Below the pieces are notes generated by a model. It did not search any database and was not told the DNA's origin. It saw nothing but the letters and a program-made list of their open reading frames with translations. DNA of 49,601 bases, the filler included, from Brevibacterium luteolum (lineage in GTDB: Bacteria; Actinomycetota; Actinomycetes; Actinomycetales; Brevibacteriaceae): NCBI RefSeq assembly GCF_013004595.1. It is 7 parts of 7 records of this genome, joined end to end, with 100 filler letters (N's around TTAATTAATTAA, not from the genome) between each part and the next. Parts side by side here need not be neighbours in the genome. Positions count along the whole stretch, not along the records: positions 1 to 25,339 come from NZ_JABEMC010000015.1; 6 more parts are not named here. One strand, given 5' to 3'. This document shows, piece after piece, positions 1 through 9,353 of this stretch (within the stretch, counting starts at the first letter, position 1; the number at the start of each line of letters is the position of its first letter). The translations under genes and the position numbers were made by a program.

Positions 1-121
1 TTCCGTCATTGACGAGATCGAGCGCTGATTGCTTGAACTCATCTGTGTAGATCTTGGGCATGACTTCTATCCTTCCTGGAATCTGTCCAGTCGTGAAGTC
101 AACCAAACCTTCAGCAGTCCC
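1..121 (-). mobile_element. Left end and orfA start of an IS3-family element ('IS3-A'), running off the contig
   Basis: Reverse complement begins GGGACTGCTGAAGGTTTGGTTGACT and encodes MPKIYTDEFKQSALDLVNDG. Same sequence at 25219 and 46852; a variant at 32766. Confidence 0.9.
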
Positions 122-956
122 GTTCCTGGTTGTACCAGGCCACCCACTTCGACGTCTCCGCCATCACCTCGATCAACCCCGACCACACCCTCCGGTCGAT
201 AAGCTCGGCCTTGTAGACCGAGTTCAACGCCTCGGCCATGGCGTTGTCATACGAGTCCCCACGCGACCCCACCGACGCCACGACCTCTGACTCCGCCAGG
301 GTCTCGCCATAGCGAATCGACCGGAATTGCACCCCGCGATCCGAGTGGTGCACGAGCCCGGAAACGTCTTCGCCGGCCCGGTATTTCGCCGCGAGAGCCA
401 TAGTGAGTGCGTCCCTGGCTAGTGACTCCCGCATATGGTTCGTTACCTGCCAGCCCACGATCTCGCGGTGGAAGACATCGAGGATGAACGTCGTGTACAC
501 CCACCCAGCTTGAGTCGGAACATACGTAATATCGGCGACCCAAACGCAGTTCGGGCCAGGTGCTGTGAACTCGCGTTCGACAAGATCGTCCGGACACTCC
601 TCAGCCCTGGCCGAGGCCGTCTTCGGACGTTTCCGCTTCCGCCGGATTCCGTCGATGCCCAACCGGCGCATCAACCGCTCCACCGTGCAGCGGGCCACCG
701 GACCGAACCGGTCGGCGTAGTCGCGGTTGATCGCCTTCCACATCTTCCGCACCCCATAGCAGGAGTAGTTCGCCTCATAAACATCCTGGATAACCACCAT
801 CAGTGCCTGGTCCCGGCGGGCCCTGGCCGATGGCTGACGCTTCTTAAACGCGTAATACGAGCTCACAGCAATCCGTGCAGCAGTCCCGGACAGGGCGCGC
901 ACGATTGGCTCGACTCCGAACTCGTTGCGATTGTCGTCGATGAAGGCGACGATCAC
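122..956 (-). pseudogene. IS3 OrfB DDE transposase, C-terminally interrupted
   Basis: Motifs WVADITYV, HHSDRG, GDSYDNAMAE; breaks at WYNQE(R) where IS3-A begins. Confidence 0.9.
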
Positions 957-1264
957 TTCGATGGGCGGTCGAGCTCCGCCGCGAAGAAAGCCGAGGCCCT
1001 CTTCAGGATCTCATTGGCCCTCTTCGCTTCAGCCAACTCAGCCCGCAGCCGGCGATTCTCCGCTTCCAGGTCGACCGACTCGGCCGGGGTAGCTTTCCCG
1101 GAGTCTTTGTGCTTACGCACCCAGACTCGCAAGGTCTCTTTACTCAGACCGAGCTCACCGGCGACACGGGTGATCGCCCCGTTCGCGGTGTGCGGGTCGG
1201 CCTGGGCATGGATGACGAGCTCGACGGCACGAGCCTTGAGTTCGTCGGTATATTTCACTGGCAA
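953..1264 (-). CDS. IS3 OrfA (HTH)
   Basis: KYTDELKARAV...ANEILKRASAFFAAELDRP; TTG start after a GAAGGAGA RBS; 4-nt overlap with orfB. Confidence 0.88.
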   Translation of the reverse strand: MPVKYTDELKARAVELVIHAQADPHTANGAITRVAGELGLSKETLRVWVRKHKDSGKATPAESVDLEAENRRLRAELAEAKRANEILKRASAFFAAELDRPSK

Positions 1265-1318
1265 GAGAGAATCTCCTTCTTCCAATCTCCCTGCCTCTAT
1301 TATCCCCGGGGCGATTCA

Positions 1319-2406
1319 CGGAGGTTAGGTACACGCGGCGGGTCGGCTGGACATAGGGGAAGACCCCTGAGTGAAGTGTGGGACTTACGACAAAACCCAT
1401 TTCACGAAACAGAGGTCTTCCATGTCCCACCGTAACGCCATCTTGACCGAAACTGGACGTTTGCGCCTTGCTCGGCTCATCGTCGACCATGGATGGCCGC
1501 TTCGTCGAGCAGCGCAACGCTTCGGTGTCGCGGTCACCACGGCACGCCGCTGGGCTGAGCGCTACCGTGACCTTGGTGCTGCGGGCATGGCTGATCGGTC
1601 GTCGCGTCCGAAGCGCTGCCCTCGCCAGTTGTCGCGGCGTACCGAGCGTCGGATCGTTGGGCTACGGGTCACACGGCGCTGGGGACCGGCCCGGATCGCC
1701 TACCACCTCCACTTGAACCCCTCGACCGTCCACAAGGTCCTCACGCGTTACGGCTGCCCACCGTTGGCATGGACTGATCCGGCCACTGGGTGCCGGATCA
1801 AGACCTCACCGGCTCAACGACGCAGCTACGAGCACGCTGCCCCCGGTGACCTGATCCACGTCGACATCAAGAAACTCGGACGGATCCCCGATGGCGGCGG
1901 CCACAAGGTCCTCGGCCGTGCCGCTGGCCGCCGCAACAAAACCCGCACGGCCATGAACCGTCGCCCCGGCTACGCCTACATCCACAACGCCATCGACGAC
2001 CACTCCCGACTGGCCTACAGCGAAATCCTGACCGACGAGAAGAAGGAAACCGCAGCCGGATTCTGGACACGCGCCAACGCGTTCTTCGCTGCCGCCGGGA
2101 TCACCGTCACACGAGTGTTGACCGACAACGGAGCCTGCTACCGCTCCAACGCCTTCAAACACGCCCTCGGCAGCAACGTGACGCACAAACGCACCCGGCC
2201 CTACCGACCACAGACCAACGGCAAGGTCGAACGCTTCAACCGGATCATGCTTGAGGAATGGGCCTACGCCCAGCCCTACACCTCAGAAACCCAGCGCGTC
2301 CAAGCGTTCGACCAATGGCTGCACCACTACAATCACCACCGAGGCCACACCGCACTCAAGGGACAACCCCCAGCCGCGCGTGTACCCAACCTATCCGGGG
2401 CTTACA
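1319..2406 (+). mobile_element. IS481-family element, left IR interrupted by IS3-D
   Basis: Right end ...CCGGGGCTTACA at 2406 followed by target GCTAGC; the left IR remnant GGAGGTTAGGTACA lacks its TGT terminus. Confidence 0.88.
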
Positions 2407-2411
2407 GCTAG
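1422..2411 (+). CDS. IS481-family transposase
   Basis: MSHRNA..., HVDIKKLGRIP, DDHSR, TDNG, PQTNGKVERFNR; the TAG stop lies in the target site. Confidence 0.93.
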   Translation: MSHRNAILTETGRLRLARLIVDHGWPLRRAAQRFGVAVTTARRWAERYRDLGAAGMADRSSRPKRCPRQLSRRTERRIVGLRVTRRWGPARIAYHLHLNPSTVHKVLTRYGCPPLAWTDPATGCRIKTSPAQRRSYEHAAPGDLIHVDIKKLGRIPDGGGHKVLGRAAGRRNKTRTAMNRRPGYAYIHNAIDDHSRLAYSEILTDEKKETAAGFWTRANAFFAAAGITVTRVLTDNGACYRSNAFKHALGSNVTHKRTRPYRPQTNGKVERFNRIMLEEWAYAQPYTSETQRVQAFDQWLHHYNHHRGHTALKGQPPAARVPNLSGAYS

Positions 2412-2568
2412 CGTGCTCGTCGGCCCTGTCGAGGACCACGTAGGCGCGGTTGGCGTCCTTGCCGCGGGTCATCGCGACGTAGAAGTTCTCCCGCGTCGTG
2501 GTCGGTTCAACCAGGACGTGTGAGGTGTCGACGGTGACGCCCTGCGCCCTGTGGGTGGTGACCGCGTA
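2407..2568 (-). pseudogene. 3' fragment of the outer MobF relaxase-helicase (continuation of 18681-21231)
   Basis: YAVTTHRAQGVTVD...FYVAMTRG are SF1B/RecD-like helicase motifs V-VI. Joins in frame to ...HIDLG at 18683; cut again by IS481. Confidence 0.9.
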
Positions 2569-2594
2569 GCCGAGGTACCCCAAACACACCTACC
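2551..2594. other. Left att junction
   Basis: Host ...GGTGACCGCG, TA, then arm GCCGAGGTACCCCAAACACACCTACC. Confidence 0.85.
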
Positions 2595-2832
2595 GTGATC
2601 GTGTGTCTGTGCGCCCCAGTCTACGGCGGTGGGTGCCGATACCGCGGCCGTGAGTTGCGGGGACCCACCCTGCCAGAGGTCTGAGTTGCCGATCCGGAGC
2701 ATTGGCCTTACATCGATCCAGGCAGTGACTGCGCTCGGCAACAGGGTCCCGCCAGTAGACGCTCGTGAGGCTCTGCGTCTCCTTCAGCGCGCTCCGTCAG
2801 TCGTCAGTTGGTCCTGATAGGACGGGAGTGGA

Positions 2833-2870
2833 GTGAACCTAGGAGTGCCTGGGCGCTACTGATCTGGTGA
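2833..2870 (+). promoter_or_regulatory. Putative ECF-sigma promoter 1
   Basis: GTGAACCT-N13-CGCTACTGATC-NN-GTGA, repeated with identical spacing at 4278; GAAC-type -35. Confidence 0.7.
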
Positions 2871-2909
2871 TGGACATCGGACGGGAACGGCGGAGCGAGG
2901 TGAAGCTGG

Positions 2910-3473
2910 TTGGTGCAGAGCGGGGATGTGCAGACCGATGATCACCTACTGGCTCTGGTCGGTGGGGGCGACGAGCGTGCGCTCGGCCACTTGTATGCCC
3001 GCTACGCGTCGGTCGTGTTCGCGTTCGTTCTCGCCCGGGTCTCGGACCGTGGGGTCGCGGAGGAGGTGAGTGCGGATGTTTGGCTGGGATGCTGGCGATC
3101 GGCGCGCGCGTTCCGGCGCGACGCGAAGGTGCTCACCTGGTTACTCGGTATCGCGAAGCGCCAGATCTACATGCACACCCGCCGCAAACGCCTGCCACAG
3201 GTGCCCCTCGACGAAGAGCAGGCGAACGAGCTGCCCTCGGACGAACTCGGCCCGGCCGAACTGGTCTTGGCCGCCGATCAGGCGGCTGCCGTCTTGGATG
3301 CGCTCGATGCGCTCCCGGAGAGCTTGGCTGAGGTGGTGCGGTTGGCGTGGTTGCACGAGCTGCCGTACGAGGAGATCGCCGACGTTGTCGGTGTGCCGGT
3401 CGGGACGGTCAAGAGCCGGGTGTCACGGGCGCGAAGGCAGCTGCGTGAGGAACTGAGGAGGCAGGATGCCTGA
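2910..3473 (+). CDS. ECF sigma-70 factor
   Basis: Region 2 (AEEVSADVW...TWLLGIA) and region 4 (YEEIADVVGVPVGTVKSRVSRAR). Confidence 0.93.
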   Translation: MVQSGDVQTDDHLLALVGGGDERALGHLYARYASVVFAFVLARVSDRGVAEEVSADVWLGCWRSARAFRRDAKVLTWLLGIAKRQIYMHTRRKRLPQVPLDEEQANELPSDELGPAELVLAADQAAAVLDALDALPESLAEVVRLAWLHELPYEEIADVVGVPVGTVKSRVSRARRQLREELRRQDA

Positions 3474-4281
3474 ACACGAATCGAACCAGAACCGGGGCGA
3501 GGACATCCGCGACGTGCTGCGCCGGTGGGAGTCCGAGCGTGCCGCGCAGGCCCCGGACTTCTCGACGATCCATCGCCGTATAGCCGCGCAGCCGTCCCCG
3601 CTCGACGCACCGCGCTGGTCCGCGGCCCGGAGCCTGCGATTGGCTGGGGCGTTGGCGTGGGCGCAGGTGCGGGTGGTGCCGTGGCTCGTGCTGCCGGTGG
3701 TGCTGGTGACGGTGACGATGGCGGTGCTCGCCGCCCGTTTCCTCGGGGTGAGCCAGGGGGCGTCGGCGGCCGTGACGGGGTTCTCCGCACTGATGCTGCT
3801 GGGCGTGGCGGCGACGGTGACGATGGCGTTGTCGCCGAGCCGAGCGGATGCAGTGTCGCTGTCGACGCCGCTGGGGCCGCAGGTCGTCGTGATGGCGCGG
3901 ATCGGGATCGTGCTGGTTCTCGACGTGGTCTGCGGGACCGCGGCGTCGGTGGTGGTGACGGCGTGGGGGCACACCGGTGGACTGGGCGCGGTACTGGCCG
4001 GCTGGATGGTCCCGTTGGCGGTGATCGCTGGTGTCGCGACTTTCGTAGCGATCTGGGCAGTGCCGTGGGCGGGCATGATCGCCGGCCTGGTGTTGATTCC
4101 GCTGGTGACTCCGGCGTCGAACAGCACGATGAGCATCGGTCTCGGTGCGATCTCTGGCGTGGTCTGGGAGGCGATCACCCCGGCCGGTGTCGCGGCGCTC
4201 GGCATCCTGATCCTTGCCGCTGCGATCATCTCCGCCCGGTCTGCCGCTGCCCGCCGCGGAGGACTTCCTGAACCGGTGTGA
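3466..4281 (+). CDS. Multi-pass membrane protein, probable anti-sigma/permease
   Basis: Overlaps the sigma stop; polar N-terminus followed by about 6 hydrophobic segments. Confidence 0.75.
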   Translation: MPEHESNQNRGEDIRDVLRRWESERAAQAPDFSTIHRRIAAQPSPLDAPRWSAARSLRLAGALAWAQVRVVPWLVLPVVLVTVTMAVLAARFLGVSQGASAAVTGFSALMLLGVAATVTMALSPSRADAVSLSTPLGPQVVVMARIGIVLVLDVVCGTAASVVVTAWGHTGGLGAVLAGWMVPLAVIAGVATFVAIWAVPWAGMIAGLVLIPLVTPASNSTMSIGLGAISGVVWEAITPAGVAALGILILAAAIISARSAAARRGGLPEPV

Positions 4282-4315
4282 ACCTTCCCCGTCCGGACCG
4301 CTACTGATCCAGTGA
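4278..4315 (+). promoter_or_regulatory. Putative ECF-sigma promoter 2
   Basis: Second copy of the bipartite motif, upstream of the transporter genes. Confidence 0.7.
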
Positions 4316-4355
4316 AGGCCGAACAGCACCCTGCGCGTCGGCCTGGTTCAGGAAG

Positions 4356-4991
4356 GTGGATCGGATGTCGGGAGCGCTGCTGGGCACGCAATGGCGCCGC
4401 GTTGGCCTGCCCATCGCCGTAGGTCCGGTGATCGCGGGCGGCCTGGTCGCGGTCGCGGGCTGGCTGGTGTCGTCGGCGTGGCCGACATCGCAGGCGATGA
4501 CGCTGGTGACCTGGCTGGCGCAGGTCTTTGTGATCTGCGCCGGGGTGTGCGTGGCAGTCGCCCTCACCGGTGACCCGCTGATCGAGCTGCACGAGTCGAC
4601 GACCGTCGGTTTCCGCACCGTCCAACTGTTGCGCGGCCTACTCGTCACCGTCTCGGGGCTGGCTGGTGCGGTCGTGATGGTCGTGCCCCTGCATCTGCTC
4701 GGGATGTGGCCGCGCGATATCGGGTGGGCCAGCGTGGCCTCACCTGCCGGGGCAGTCGTGCTCGTCGCGGTGATCGCCCTGTTCGCAGCGGCATACGCCG
4801 GGACCGCGTCAGCCACGACGATCGCAGTCGTCGCAGCGTGGATGTTCCTCGCGATGCTCTGGGACCCGTACGTGCTCCCACTGCACTTGCAGCGGGGCGT
4901 GCCGCTTGCGGCCGCGGCGGTCCTGCTGGTCCTGGCCTGGCAGCGGCTCGGCAACTCGGAACGCAACATCGCGAAGGTGGCAACGGTATGA
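4356..4991 (+). CDS. ABC permease-like membrane protein
   Basis: About 6 TM segments and an ELHEST loop; coupled to the next gene by ATGA. Confidence 0.75.
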   Translation: MDRMSGALLGTQWRRVGLPIAVGPVIAGGLVAVAGWLVSSAWPTSQAMTLVTWLAQVFVICAGVCVAVALTGDPLIELHESTTVGFRTVQLLRGLLVTVSGLAGAVVMVVPLHLLGMWPRDIGWASVASPAGAVVLVAVIALFAAAYAGTASATTIAVVAAWMFLAMLWDPYVLPLHLQRGVPLAAAAVLLVLAWQRLGNSERNIAKVATV

Positions 4992-5752
4992 CCCTCATCG
5001 ACCTGGCCCGCACGCATTCCCGAGTCGCGCGGAGGCAGAAGGCACTCTGGTTCACCGCGATCCCGCTGACCGCATTCGCGACACTGCTCGCGGTCATCTC
5101 CCCAGCCCGGCCCGGTACCGGCGGGATCGCAGACCTCGCGTTCTCGGGGCAGATCATCGCGATGTTCACCGGGATCGCCTACGCGGCCGCGTTCGCGGAC
5201 TTCTTCACCGCACAAGCGAAGCTCGGCATGCACGAGCTCGAAGCCTCGACTCCCGCCCCGGGTGCGCTGCTGCGGACCGCGCGGGTGCTCGGAGCGTTCA
5301 GTGTCGTCATCGCCCCGTCGCTGGCGGTGCTGCTGGTGATGGGGCTGATGCAGACGATCAGCGGGCATCCCTGGTCCCTACCGGGCGCGCTGGCCGTCAC
5401 CGCGACCATCGTTGCCCCGGCGGCGTTGATCACGATGGCACTGTCCGGGGTCTGTGGTGTGTTGATGCCGAAAGCGCTGGGACGGATCGTGGCGGTGCTG
5501 GTGTGGTTCTTCCTGATCTTCTCCAGCTCTGTGCTGCCGCTCCCAACCCCGAACGGCACCGTGTTCTCCGTCATCGGCGACGCGATCGTCGCCGGCTGGT
5601 TCGGTGCCGATTCGATCTATCCCGCCTCAGGTCCCCTCGGGTTCGACGGCACTCCGTTGAACGCGGCCATCTCCTTGGTCCTCCAACTCGTCATCATCGC
5701 CGCCCTGCTGCTGGCCGGGTCGTCGCTGGCCGAACGCACCCGGAAGCGTTGA
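4988..5752 (+). CDS. ABC permease-like membrane protein
   Basis: ATG at 4988, hydrophobic, ELEASTP loop, precedes an ABC ATPase. Confidence 0.78.
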   Translation: MTLIDLARTHSRVARRQKALWFTAIPLTAFATLLAVISPARPGTGGIADLAFSGQIIAMFTGIAYAAAFADFFTAQAKLGMHELEASTPAPGALLRTARVLGAFSVVIAPSLAVLLVMGLMQTISGHPWSLPGALAVTATIVAPAALITMALSGVCGVLMPKALGRIVAVLVWFFLIFSSSVLPLPTPNGTVFSVIGDAIVAGWFGADSIYPASGPLGFDGTPLNAAISLVLQLVIIAALLLAGSSLAERTRKR

Positions 5753-5763
5753 AAGGAAACCGC

Positions 5764-6636
5764 ATGTTCATCTCGATGGATCATCTCGGCAAGGACTTCC
5801 GCAAGAAGCCGGCCGCACTCGATGACGTCACCCTCGATCTGCCGCAGGGCATGATCGGGCTGCTCGGCTCCAACGGGGCCGGGAAGACCACCCTCATGCG
5901 CATCCTGTGCGGCATCATCCAGCCGACTCGCGGCCGGGTGCAGATCGATGGCCACGACCTCGCCGACGCGTCCACCCGGCGGGCGGTGAAGAAGACGCTC
6001 GGCTATCTGCCGCAGGACGTCGAACCGTACCCGAACCTCACCCCGCTGGAGTTCCTGGACTACGTCGGCGTCCTCAAGGGCATCGACAACGCGAGCGCAC
6101 GAAAGGGGCAGGCCCGCGAGCTGATCGCCCGGGTCGGGTTGACCGACGCGCAGGATCGGCGTATCGGCGGGTTCTCCGGCGGGATGCGTCGCCGCGTCGG
6201 CATCGCGCAGGCGCTCATGGGTGACCCCAGGCTGTTGATCGTGGACGAACCCACCGCCGGACTCGACCCGGAAGAGCGGATGCGGTTCCGCACCCTGCTG
6301 GCCAGCCTCGGCCAGGACCGCACCGTGATTCTGTCCACCCACATCCTCGACGATGTCGCCCAGACCTGCCCGTACGTGTTCGTGCTCCGCGACGGCCGGG
6401 CCCGCTACGACGGCCCCACCGAGGGGCTGATCGACGCCGCCCGCGGACGCACCTGGCTCACCGCAGCCCGCACCGCACCGCCGCCCGAGCACGTCACCGT
6501 CGTCAACGCGACGACCACCGGGGCGGGAACCCAATACCGGATCATCACCGACACCCCACCCGCCGACGCGAGCCCGGCCGACCCCAACCTCGAGGACGGC
6601 TACATGGCACTCGCCCAACTGAAGGAGACCCCATGA
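5764..6636 (+). CDS. ABC transporter ATP-binding protein
   Basis: GSNGAGKT, FSGGMRRR, LIVDEP; AAAGGA RBS before ATG 5764. Confidence 0.93.
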   Translation: MFISMDHLGKDFRKKPAALDDVTLDLPQGMIGLLGSNGAGKTTLMRILCGIIQPTRGRVQIDGHDLADASTRRAVKKTLGYLPQDVEPYPNLTPLEFLDYVGVLKGIDNASARKGQARELIARVGLTDAQDRRIGGFSGGMRRRVGIAQALMGDPRLLIVDEPTAGLDPEERMRFRTLLASLGQDRTVILSTHILDDVAQTCPYVFVLRDGRARYDGPTEGLIDAARGRTWLTAARTAPPPEHVTVVNATTTGAGTQYRIITDTPPADASPADPNLEDGYMALAQLKETP

Positions 6637-7025
6637 CCCCCATGACCCCGCGCCGCCGCACCGGACGGCTCGCCGCAGCGGCCGGTGCCCTCATCCTCGG
6701 CACGATTGGGCTGGCCGGGTGCAACGGCATGCAACATCCCGAGGACTTCCCTGTCGACGGGCCGAAGGTAACCGCGACGAGCAACCCGGCCGAGGTCAGC
6801 AAGGACGACTTCGGGCACTCCTGGAACCTCACCGTCGACCACGGCACCGTCGCCTGCGAACAGAACTCCGACAGCGACCCGGTCCTCACCTTCACCGCCC
6901 CTGACGGCACCGTCTACGCGCTCAACGCAGTCGATCAGAACAAGGACCTGCCCGACATCGGCGAGATCTCCGACGGCTCCATCGGCACGCTGCGCACCTT
7001 CGCGTTCACCGTCTGCGACGCCTGA
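6633..7025 (+). CDS. Lipoprotein, YebY/DUF2511-like
   Basis: LAGC lipobox. FGHSWNLTVDHGTVAC...DGTVYALN resembles DUF2511 from recall; not searched. Confidence 0.75.
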   Translation: MTPMTPRRRTGRLAAAAGALILGTIGLAGCNGMQHPEDFPVDGPKVTATSNPAEVSKDDFGHSWNLTVDHGTVACEQNSDSDPVLTFTAPDGTVYALNAVDQNKDLPDIGEISDGSIGTLRTFAFTVCDA

Positions 7026-7055
7026 CCCCATCATCCGCGAAAGGAGAACCACGCG

Positions 7056-7841
7056 ATGGTCTCTCATGACGATCACGCACGCCCATCCGCCACTGCCGTC
7101 GACCGAAGCGCCGCCGCTGTCCGCTGTGTCGATGTGCGGCTGCAACGCGGCGATACGGTGGTGCTCGATGGCCTCGACCTCACCGTCACCACCGGGCGGG
7201 TCCACGCCCTGCTGGGCCGCAACGGTGCCGGGAAGTCCACGACCTTCCGCATCCTGCTGGGGCTGATGGACGCCGACTCCGGCACGATCGACGTACTCGG
7301 GGACACCTCGATGCGAGGCGGGCGGAGCCGGACGACGTTGGAGCGGATCGGGGCCAGCATCGACGGCCCTGCGATTTACGGTCATCTCAGCGCGTTCGAC
7401 AACCTGCTCGTGCACGCCCGTCTCACCGGGGTCGGCCGGGAACGTATCGAGGAAGTCCTCGACATCGTGGGACTCGCCGGGACCGGCCGGAAACGTGCAC
7501 GGCACTTCTCGATGGGCATGAAGGCCCGGCTCGCGCTCGGGATCGCGATCCTCACCGAACCAGACCTGCTCATCCTCGATGAGCCGCAGAACGGGCTTGA
7601 CCCGCAGGGCATCGTCGAACTGCGGCATCTGCTGCGCGACTACGCCGCCGCCGGGCGGACCGTGCTCGTCAGCTCCCATCAGCTCGGCGAGATCACCCAA
7701 CTCGCCGACGACATCTCCGTCCTGGCCGATGGGCGCTGCCGCTACCAGGGAACCCTCGAAGACTTCGCGCCCGCCGGGCAACTGGAGCAGGCGTTCCTCG
7801 ATCTCACCCTGCCCGATGCCGCACGGTCGGAGGCCGCTTGA
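7056..7841 (+). CDS. ABC ATPase, LanF/BcrA-like
   Basis: GRNGAGKST, FSMGMKARL, LDEPQNGLDP. Confidence 0.9.
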   Translation: MVSHDDHARPSATAVDRSAAAVRCVDVRLQRGDTVVLDGLDLTVTTGRVHALLGRNGAGKSTTFRILLGLMDADSGTIDVLGDTSMRGGRSRTTLERIGASIDGPAIYGHLSAFDNLLVHARLTGVGRERIEEVLDIVGLAGTGRKRARHFSMGMKARLALGIAILTEPDLLILDEPQNGLDPQGIVELRHLLRDYAAAGRTVLVSSHQLGEITQLADDISVLADGRCRYQGTLEDFAPAGQLEQAFLDLTLPDAARSEAA

Positions 7842-9286
7842 TGCGCCCGCTCGTCGCAGCCGTCCGCGCCGAGACCGTACGCACCCGCGGTTCGGCCGCC
7901 GCCTACCTGCCCTGGCTCGGGCTGGTGATCGCAGGCATCAGCTTCGCAGGCATTCTGATCACCCCCGAGAGTCAGGAGCGGGCGGCTCTGTTGTGGCAGA
8001 CGCTGTACGTCACGGGGATGGCCGCCCCCTTGCTCACCCTGCTGGCCGGGCTTACCACCGCCCGCGAAGCAGTCGCGCGCGAGGGCGGCACGCTCTGGCG
8101 GCCGGTCAGCCCGCGGACCATCGTGCTCGCGCGCTTCCTCGTCCTCGCCGCGCTATCGGCACTGTTCCATGCACTGGCCTTCTGGACCGTCATTCCGTTC
8201 TCGCTCCTGGCCGGAGCACCGACCGACGTCACTGGAATCCTCTGGGCCGGGGCCAGCTGCTGGATCGCCACCCTCGGTGTGCTCGCCCTCGCCTACGTCG
8301 CCACCGAAGCCTGGGGACTCATCCCCGTCTTCCTCGCCGCGTGGGCCTGGCAGGTCATCGGCAGCCTCGCCGCGGAGATCACCGTCTGGCCGGTGCTCCC
8401 GCCCACCTGGGCGGTGCGGGCGATGTTGCCGCTGCTCGGCGCGCACCAGAACGCCGAATCCCTCGATCCCACCGATCCGCTCGCCCAGGAGTCCCCGGCA
8501 CTCGCTCTCGTTCTCGGGCTGCTGCTCGCCGCTGTCGTCCTCGGCGTGCGACTCATCCGGGTCGGCGCTGCGCGTACGGAGGGCCGGACCGACAATCGGC
8601 CGGTCGGCCGACGCAGCACCCGCCCCGGCGCGCTCGGCGCGATACGCACCGTCATGCGCTCCCGCGCCGTGATCCCGCTCTGCGTCGCGGCGGTCGTGCT
8701 GGCTGTCGCAGTCGCAGCCGTGTACCCGAACAGCTACCTTCTCGGCCTGCACACCTACGCGATGCTCCCACTCGGCGCCTGCATCATCGTCGTGCTCGCC
8801 TGGCAGGCTCTCACGCCCGGCTGGCGCATCCTCGTGCTGCGGCGCGGCAATATCCCTGCTGCCGTACGCAGTTGGCTCGTGCTGTGCGTCACCGTCGTCA
8901 CTCTCGCCGTCACCCTCTGCACACTCGCGAACACCGTCCTGCGCGGCGAGACCGACCCGGCGACCATCGTCTCGCTGCTGCGTTCCGGACTGCTCTGGCT
9001 GATCCTCGGCACGGCCGGCGTCCTCGGAGCACTCTGGCTCACCGTCCGCTACGGCGTCGGTTGGGCGCTCGGCGCAACGGTCATCATCATGATCCTCGGG
9101 ATCACCCTCGGCGGAGATGTCCTCGCCGATACCTGGCTTTGGGTACTCGGCCCCACCGCTTGGCCGCTCACCGCCGACACGCCAGCCCGTCTTACCCTCG
9201 CGGCGCTGATCGGACTGCTCATCGCCGCGTCCACCTGGCTGCTCAGCGGTCGCGTACTGCGAACCGCAACCGCACGAGGCGTCTGA
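7838..9286 (+). CDS. Double-length ABC permease (fused LanE/LanG-like)
   Basis: 482 aa with two hydrophobic halves and a basic linker; coupled to the ATPase. Confidence 0.75.
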   Translation: MMRPLVAAVRAETVRTRGSAAAYLPWLGLVIAGISFAGILITPESQERAALLWQTLYVTGMAAPLLTLLAGLTTAREAVAREGGTLWRPVSPRTIVLARFLVLAALSALFHALAFWTVIPFSLLAGAPTDVTGILWAGASCWIATLGVLALAYVATEAWGLIPVFLAAWAWQVIGSLAAEITVWPVLPPTWAVRAMLPLLGAHQNAESLDPTDPLAQESPALALVLGLLLAAVVLGVRLIRVGAARTEGRTDNRPVGRRSTRPGALGAIRTVMRSRAVIPLCVAAVVLAVAVAAVYPNSYLLGLHTYAMLPLGACIIVVLAWQALTPGWRILVLRRGNIPAAVRSWLVLCVTVVTLAVTLCTLANTVLRGETDPATIVSLLRSGLLWLILGTAGVLGALWLTVRYGVGWALGATVIIMILGITLGGDVLADTWLWVLGPTAWPLTADTPARLTLAALIGLLIAASTWLLSGRVLRTATARGV

Positions 9287-9353
9287 CCATGACTACCGCC
9301 CGGCCACAGCTCCAGTGCCTACCTCCGGCAAGGGGGCGGTACGAGGGCAGGAG

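Larger units (their letters stand above)
122..1318 (-). mobile_element. IS3-family element ('IS3-D'), 3' end cut by IS3-A
   Basis: Left end TGAATCGCCCCGGGG at 1318, an orfA/orfB pair, and a switch to the IS3-A end at 121/122. Confidence 0.9.

Noticed and set aside
4906..5763. Apparent 286-aa N-terminal extension on the ABC ATPase
   Set aside because: Overlaps the permease in another frame; a good RBS and ATG are present at 5764.
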